Notes under the pieces: model-generated
What the model was told of the DNA's origin: nothing
What the model saw: the letters and a program-made list of their open reading frames with translations, nothing else
Database searches by the model: none
Program-made: the position numbers and the translations under genes
Part shown: in pieces, positions 57,951-64,000 of the stretch
Layout of the letters: every line of letters starts with the position of its first letter
Position numbering within the stretch: the stretch's first letter is position 1
Assembly (NCBI GenBank): GCA_030390025.1
Contig: CM059432.1
Span: forward strand, 49,664,001-49,728,000
Source: Squalus acanthias
Taxonomy: Eukaryota
Direction: 5' to 3'
Length of the DNA stretch: 64,000 nucleotides

Positions 57951-60275
57951 ATCAAATCAGAATGGAGAGCAAATGGGGACACGGCCCCTTTAAGTAGTCT
58001 GGCAACGAACACGTCATCAGAGGACCTCACCAGACCCGCACCCTGTAATTGGGCTGGGTAACGTGCACGGCAAGCTTAACAAGCCCAATCAGCGCAAAAT
58101 TGTTTACAAAGAGCGGCTGGAGCCGAGAGCGGGACCGGAACCCACCAACTAGCTCTTCCGCTGCAAACCCGCCTCCACTGGGAAAATCCAGCCCATTGTG
58201 TTCAATTCTGGGCACTGCACTTTAGGAAGGATGTGAAAGCCTTAGAGAGGGTGCAGAAAAGATTTTCAAGAATGGTTCCAGGGATGAGGGACTTCAGTTA
58301 CGTGGATGGACTGGAGAAGCTGGGGTTGTTCTCCTTAGAGCAGAGAAGGTTGAGAAGATTTTTGATAGAGGTGTTCAAAATCATGAGGGGTCTAGACAGA
58401 GTAGATAGAGAGAAACTGTTCCCATTGGTGGAAGGGTCAATAACCAGCGGACACAGATTTAAGGTAATTGGCAAAAGAACCAAAGGCGACATGAGGAAAA
58501 CCTTTTTTACGCAGCGAGTGGTTAGGATCTGGAATGCACTGCCTGAAAGGATGGTGGAAGCAGATTCAATCGTGACTTTCAAAAGGGAATTGGATAAGTA
58601 CCTGAAGGAAAAAAATTTGCAGGGCTACGGGGAAAGGGTGGGGGAGTGGGACTAGCTGAAGTGCCCTAGCAGAGAGCCGGCATGGGCTCGACAGGCCGAA
58701 TGGCCTCCTTCTGTGCTGTAACTATTCTATGATTCTATGATTCTATGAAATGGAGGCACATAGCCTCCTTAAAAGATTTTAGTGACTGACCCATCTCCTG
58801 AGAGTGGATTCATCGCCTGCCCCCCGACACACCTCCATTTAAACCAGAAGTGTGCGGGTTGTAGGCTGGTTGGCGTCGAGTTTGAGAAATAACATTTTTT
58901 ACCTTCCCACCCTCCCCCAACCCACCCATCCTTGCGTCCTTTGGGTTAAAATTGCCCCCGAGGGTGATTTTAACTGTACCCACCTACCTCGTGATTTCCC
59001 GCCAGCTTCACGCTATTCCTAATTTTAATCAGTTCTTCTAAACATACAAAGTCATAAATATGCAAATTGCACTCTGAAGAAGTCATCAGGTCGCGACTGC
59101 AATTTTAACTCTGGCCTGAGCGGGGAAGCCACTGCTGCCTTCCTGCCAGATGAGGACAGCGAGAAGAGGATCCAGGACCAGAAGAGGCCATTTAGGGTAA
59201 GTTTTTAAACTTATTACTTTACCCTTGGGGTTAGGAGGAGCAGGAATGCCTCGAGCTGCCCCCCCCCATTCCCTTTCGCGAGACCCTCCCGAAATCCACA
59301 ACCCGCGACTTTGGTGCTGACCAGCAGCTTCCCTCCGCCCGAAGGTCCGCTAACGCTCGCCAGCCAGCTGCCGCTTTTCACTCATTTTGTGCGGCCAGTG
59401 TCACACAGATGCGACCCGGGTGTTAAAATGGCCCAGGCCTCACTCATAGTGCCAGCGTCGGGCACATTTTGCACTCGCCCGCCACTCTGCTTCCAGTTAA
59501 AATTCCTCTTGAAGATTTACAGCCTGCTCAATGGCCCAAGTACATGTTTCTTTTATCCTCTTTATGTGCCTTTTATCAGTGTTTACCAATCCTTTCAAGT
59601 AAAAATAACTTAAGCTATAATGACACTTCACTACAGGACTTGCTTTTGAGCTGTATATTTGATGAAAATTAGCAGGATGATGTAAGTGTTTTTGTCAAGA
59701 AAAGACGCAAGGGGTACATAATTTTATATACAAATTATTCAACAATACTATAAAATCAGCTTGAATACGATAACTTGTCATGGTAATTGCTCAATGATGA
59801 GTTATTAAAGTGCCAATGCAAGTGGTGATTCAGACTAGAGAAGACTTTAGCAAGATTTCGAAAGCACTTCAACACAATGATAACAAATTGTAATTAATGG
59901 AATTAATCTACAGGTTTTTTTTTTACCTTGACATCACTCCTTGCTGCACGTAGATATATTCGTTAAGAGCTATTGGCCAAAGAGTGATACACTTTGTGAT
60001 CCATCAGCAGTAATGGAGCAAAGACTCTCTTTAAATCATTTGGATTTGGACTATCAATTAAAGCTAACAGAGTACCCTAACCCAAACAACAAAACCAATC
60101 AGTCGGTTACTAAGCAACTAAAAATAATGGGAGTTCCTGGAAGCTATGGGGGGATAGGACGGTTACACAATGCATGTGATGGCATTCTTCACTTCTCATT
60201 GGAACTTCATTCCAGAGATATAGATGTGTGAGGGATACACACTTACCAATACAATCACCAATCTTTCTCTTCCAG

Positions 60276-61650
60276 GACAAGGCAGGACATAACAGGCACC
60301 AGCAGGACCTGACTGGGGGAGGGGGAGCACACTATATGATATCACTCCCCTTGAGGAGGCCATGCTGGCGGTGATCGGGAGGGGAGTGGCAGACACCGTG
60401 ACCACAGGCAGAACAAGGGGCAGATTGCCTAGAGGTATGTGGCCACTCCAGCTTCCTTACAGATCTACAACTATTCCTGATCCCTAATCCCCCAAACCTT
60501 TCCTCATTCCCAAGCTTCATGTGGTCTCATCACACACATCCTCCTATAGTGGCCACACAAGCTGCACCCTAACCCTTATAGCTTTATAATTGCAGGTTCC
60601 CAGGAGCAAGATCCACCTCGACCCCCGGAGGAACTGGAAGAGGAGAAAGAGCCACCTCGCCCTTTGGAGGAAGAGGTGGAGGAGGAGAGCGAGGAAGATT
60701 GCACTGCATCATCACTCAGGCACCAACTCAGAGACCGGCACTCCGCGTAATGTAAAGGCTACGGTAGAATATGGATCATCACAGTGGGATACACCGAGCA
60801 CTAGTGGACAGCAGCCATGCTGGGTGGAAGGTCACATATTAGTTCTGCTACAGACGAGGCAGATGAGGACCTCGAAGGGCCAAGCTTCAGAAGGCTGATG
60901 GGTTTGACAAACCAAATTCTTAGTGCAATGGACAGCCTGCCTGAAAGCTTAGGGGTCGTGGCTAGGGGGATGGAAGAGTCCACCTCCAGCTTGGCCCGTG
61001 GCTTGATGCTGAGCCTGGAACCCATCCTCTTCAGTGTGGAGAGGCTGGCCGATTCCATCCAGCGACTTGTGAAGCCCAACATCATGCAGCATCTGATGAC
61101 TGAGGTCACAGTTTCCATTGTAGTCAATGCAGTTTCCATGGAATGCCAAACAGCTTGCATGGAATGACAAAGTACTGAATGGAAGCCCAACTAGCTTCCA
61201 TTGCATGGTTTGCATCTTCCATGGGATGGCAAAGTGCTGCAATGGAAGCTCAGACAGCTAGTCTAGACTCCTCGGTTGAAAGGGGCTTGCAGAGTGTCTC
61301 TGATGCCCAGAGATCTGTCCTCCAGCAGATCACTGGGCTGGCTGAACAGACGCCCCAAGGTAGAGGCGTAGGAATCATGGAGCAGGAACCTACTGGCCTC
61401 TCTCCTGCTCCCTCCCCCACCACTCCAGCATTGCACTTGCAGTTGCCTGGCAGCCCGGTGGCCCAGACTGCTCAAGCCCATGCTGAGGTGGGGCTATCAC
61501 AGTCCACAACCCCTCGAGTGCGTCGCAGGAAGGCACCTGAACTGCGCTTTTCAGATTCTCAGCAGCCATCCAACTCACATGCTGCTGCCACTCGGGTTGC
61601 ACTTCATAGAAGCACCAGTGTAGGCAAGAGCACTTGTAGATAGCCACTAA
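60276..61650 (+). pseudogene. Harbinger Myb-protein gene remnant (exons 2-3)
   Basis: CCAG|DKAGHN...LTGGG with donor GAG|GTATGT. Exon 3 (DEDLEGPSFRRLM...LESLPESL-like...LEPIL) is homologous to 31276-32170. Confidence 0.75.
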
Positions 61651-61859
61651 GGGTAAGTATCAGGGTTAATAATTTAAGATTTATTGTTGATTGTGCCATG
61701 TGTTCATTGTTTGTTTTTGCTGTAGATATAGAGTGATGATGGTAATTGGGTAGTAATGGAATTGGTAGTCTTTTTTTATTGTGATCTTCATGGCGAAGGG
61801 GTTGAAAGGATTGAGTGCAGATGGTTGACTTCCTGATGGATCCTCAGTTGTGGAAGGTA

Positions 61860-62192
61860 AGGCATGTGGCAAGAGTGAGGGGTAGCCCTGATAACAAAGG
61901 ATGACATAAGGACAGTAGTGAAAAAGGATCTTGGCTCGGAAGATCAGGAAGTATGGGTAGAGATAAGAAATAACAAGTGGCAGAAAACACTGGTAGGAGT
62001 CGTTTATAGGCCCCCTAACAGTAGCTATACCGTTGGACAGAGTATTAATCAACAAATAATAGTAGCTTGTAACAAAGGTAATACAATAATCGTGGGGGAC
62101 TTTAATCTTCATATAGACTGGAAAAATCAAATTGGCAAAGGTAGTCTGGAGCACGAGTTCATGGAATGCATTTGAGACAGTTTCCTAGAACA
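61860..62192 (+). mobile_element. CR1 endonuclease fragment
   Basis: VWVEIRN...VGVVYRPPNS...IVGDFN. Confidence 0.88.
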
Positions 62193-64000
62193 ATACATAG
62201 ATACATAGATACATAGAAGATAGGAGCAGGAGTAGGCCATCCGGCCCTTCGAGCCTGCTCCGCCATTCAATGAGATCATGGCTGATCCTCCAATTCAGTA
62301 TCCCGTCCCCGCCTTCTCTCCGTAACCCTTAACCCCTTTTGCCTGTAGAAATATATCTAATTCCCTCTTAAATATATTTAATGAGCTGGCGTACACTGCC
62401 CTCTGTGGCAATGAGTTCCACAGGTTCACCACCCTCTGAGTGAAGAAATTCCCCCTCATTTCTGTCCTAAATGGTTTAGCCCTTATCCTTAAATTATGTC
62501 CTCTAGTTCTGTTCTCACCCGCCAAGGGAAACATTCCTTCTGCATCTAGTCTGTCTAGACCTGTCAGAATTTTATACACTTCTATGAGGTCCCCTCTCAA
62601 TCTTCTAAACTCCAGTGTGTACATCCCTAAACTACATAGTCTCTCCTCATAGGTCAATCCCGCCATTCCTGGTATCAGCCTGGTGAATCGCCGCTGCACC
62701 CCCTCCATGGCAAGAACATCTTTCCTCAGATGAGGCGACCAAAACTGTACACAGTACTCGAGGTGTGGTCTCACCAGTGCCCTGTACAGCTGCAGCAAGG
62801 TATCCCTGTTCCTGTATTCCAACCCTTTTGCTATGAAGGCCAGCATACCGTTTGCCTTCTTGACCGCCTGTTGCACCTGCATGCTCGCCTTCAGTGACTG
62901 GTGTACAAGAACACCCAGGTCTCTCTGTACTTCCCCCTCTCCCAATTTATTGCCATTTAAATAATAATTTGCCCTCCCGTTCCTGCACCCAAGGTGGATA
63001 ACTTCGCACTTGTCCACATTATAGTGCATCTGCCATTTATCCGCCCAATCACCCAGTCTGTCCAAATCGCTCTGGAGCTTCCTGGTCTCCTCCTCTGAGC
63101 CCACCCCCCCTCCTAGTTTAGTGTCGTCTGCAAATTTGGAAATGCTGCATCCGACTCCCTGATCCAGGTCATTAATGTAAATTGTGAACAGCTGGGGACC
63201 CAGGACAGATCCCTGTGGTACCCCACTTGTTACTGCCTGCCATTCAGAAAATGAGCCGTTTATTCCAACTCTCTGTTTTCTATCTGACAGCCAGTTCTCT
63301 ATCCACGTCAATACTTTCCCCTTTATCCCATGAGCTTCAATTTTCCATGCTAATCTTTTATGTGGGACCTTATCGAAGGCCTTTTGGAAGTCCAGGTACA
63401 CCACATCTACTGGCTCTCCCCCATCTATTTTACCAGTTACTCCCTCAAAAAATTCCAATAGATTAGTCAAGCACGATTTACCCCTTGTAAATCCATGTTG
63501 ACTCTGTCCTATCCTGTCCCCATTTGCTAAGTGCTCCGCTATTTCATCCTTAATGATGGACTCCAGCATTTTGCCCACAACTGATGTAAGGCTTACAGGT
63601 CTGTAATTACCTGCTTTTTCCCTACCCCCCTTTTTGAATAGTGGGGTAACGTTAGCTACCCTCCAATCCATGGGCACTGTTCCCGAGTCTAATGAATTCT
63701 GAAAAATCATACTTAGTGCATCCGCTATCTCTAGGGCCACCTCCTTCAGTACCCTAGGATGCATGTTATCAGGCCCTGGGGATTTGTCCGCCTTCAATCC
63801 CTTTAGCTTCCTTAACACCATATCCTTAGAGATATTGATTTGCGTCAGTTCCTCCTTTGCCAATGTCCCTATTTTTCCCGATATCCCAGGGAGGTTTTTT
63901 GTGTCTTCCTTCGTAAAGACTGACCCAAAGTATGCATTTAGTTGGTCTGCCATTTCCTTATTTCCCGTTATATATTCCCCCGTATCTGACTGCAATGGAC
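62193..64000 (-). mobile_element. Young CR1 LINE running off the window edge
   Basis: (atacatag)3 tail at 62193-62216, the 3' stem-loop and an open RT frame. Confidence 0.95.
62295..63995 (-). CDS. CR1 ORF2 reverse transcriptase, uninterrupted partial frame (566 aa visible)
   Basis: KSPGPD, NYRPVSLTS, YLDFQKAFDKV, GVPQGSVLGP and FADD, with no stops up to the natural end. Confidence 0.9.
   Translation of the reverse strand: MQSDTGEYITGNKEMADQLNAYFGSVFTKEDTKNLPGISGKIGTLAKEELTQINISKDMVLRKLKGLKADKSPGPDNMHPRVLKEVALEIADALSMIFQNSLDSGTVPMDWRVANVTPLFKKGGREKAGNYRPVSLTSVVGKMLESIIKDEIAEHLANGDRIGQSQHGFTRGKSCLTNLLEFFEGVTGKIDGGEPVDVVYLDFQKAFDKVPHKRLAWKIEAHGIKGKVLTWIENWLSDRKQRVGINGSFSEWQAVTSGVPQGSVLGPQLFTIYINDLDQGVGCSISKFADDTKLGGGVGSEEETRKLQSDLDRLGDWADKWQMHYNVDKCEVIHLGCRNGRANYYLNGNKLGEGEVQRDLGVLVHQSLKASMQVQQAVKKANGMLAFIAKGLEYRNRDTLLQLYRALVRPHLEYCVQFWSPHLRKDVLAMEGVQRRFTRLIPGMAGLTYEERLCSLGMYTLEFRRLRGDLIEVYKILTGLDRLDAEGMFPLAGENRTRGHNLRIRAKPFRTEMRGNFFTQRVVNLWNSLPQRAVYASSLNIFKRELDIFLQAKGVKGYGEKAGTGY

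Larger units (their letters stand above)
53509..58194. mobile_element. Near-complete two-gene PIF/Harbinger transposon (decayed)
   Basis: Imperfect TIRs GGCCCTGATTTT and AAAATCCAGCCC, TSD ATT/ATT. Removing it restores CR1 PQLE.CVQFW. Transposase and Myb genes are convergent. Confidence 0.92.
49082..58747 (+). mobile_element. Full-length decayed CR1 (5'UTR, ORF1, ORF2, ATTCTATG tail) with two DNA-transposon insertions
   Basis: ORF1 at 49458-50404. ORF2 pieces at 50570-50714, 51358-53508 and 58195-58655. (attctatg)3 tail. Confidence 0.93.
48511..58959. mobile_element. Non-autonomous Harbinger-type element split by the full-length CR1
   Basis: 48511-49080 and 58748-58959 join into a sequence collinear with the flanks of 11844-14214. 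Confidence 0.72.

Overview
Eukaryotic, almost entirely transposon-derived 64 kb window with no host exon I can support. The repeat types (CR1 with short microsatellite tails, a Deu-domain SINE, Penelope pLTRs, RTE, two-gene Harbingers) suggest a cartilaginous-fish intron or intergenic region, which is an inference. It contains several CR1 LINEs, including one full-length copy with an esterase-type ORF1. It also contains a near-complete Penelope element (RT plus GIY-YIG) and several Penelope pLTR derivatives carrying minimal hammerhead ribozymes, three decayed two-gene PIF/Harbinger transposons with many non-autonomous relatives, solo-LTR-like sequences, RTE and L2 fragments, and a 1.85-kb G-rich minisatellite. 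Insertions are nested up to four levels deep. Most notable: (1) two copies of a LINE whose 5' end is a tRNA-like Pol III head joined directly to an AUG-less EN-RT frame with no ORF1, plus SINEs that look like internal-deletion derivatives of it; (2) hammerhead-carrying Penelope fold-back insertions with 13-14-bp TSDs, and a tail-only Penelope insertion of about 19 nt; (3) an unexplained 129-bp-arm hairpin; (4) an E2F-motif cluster in a long LTR-like element. Coordinates were read by eye and may be off by a few bases. No database searches were run.
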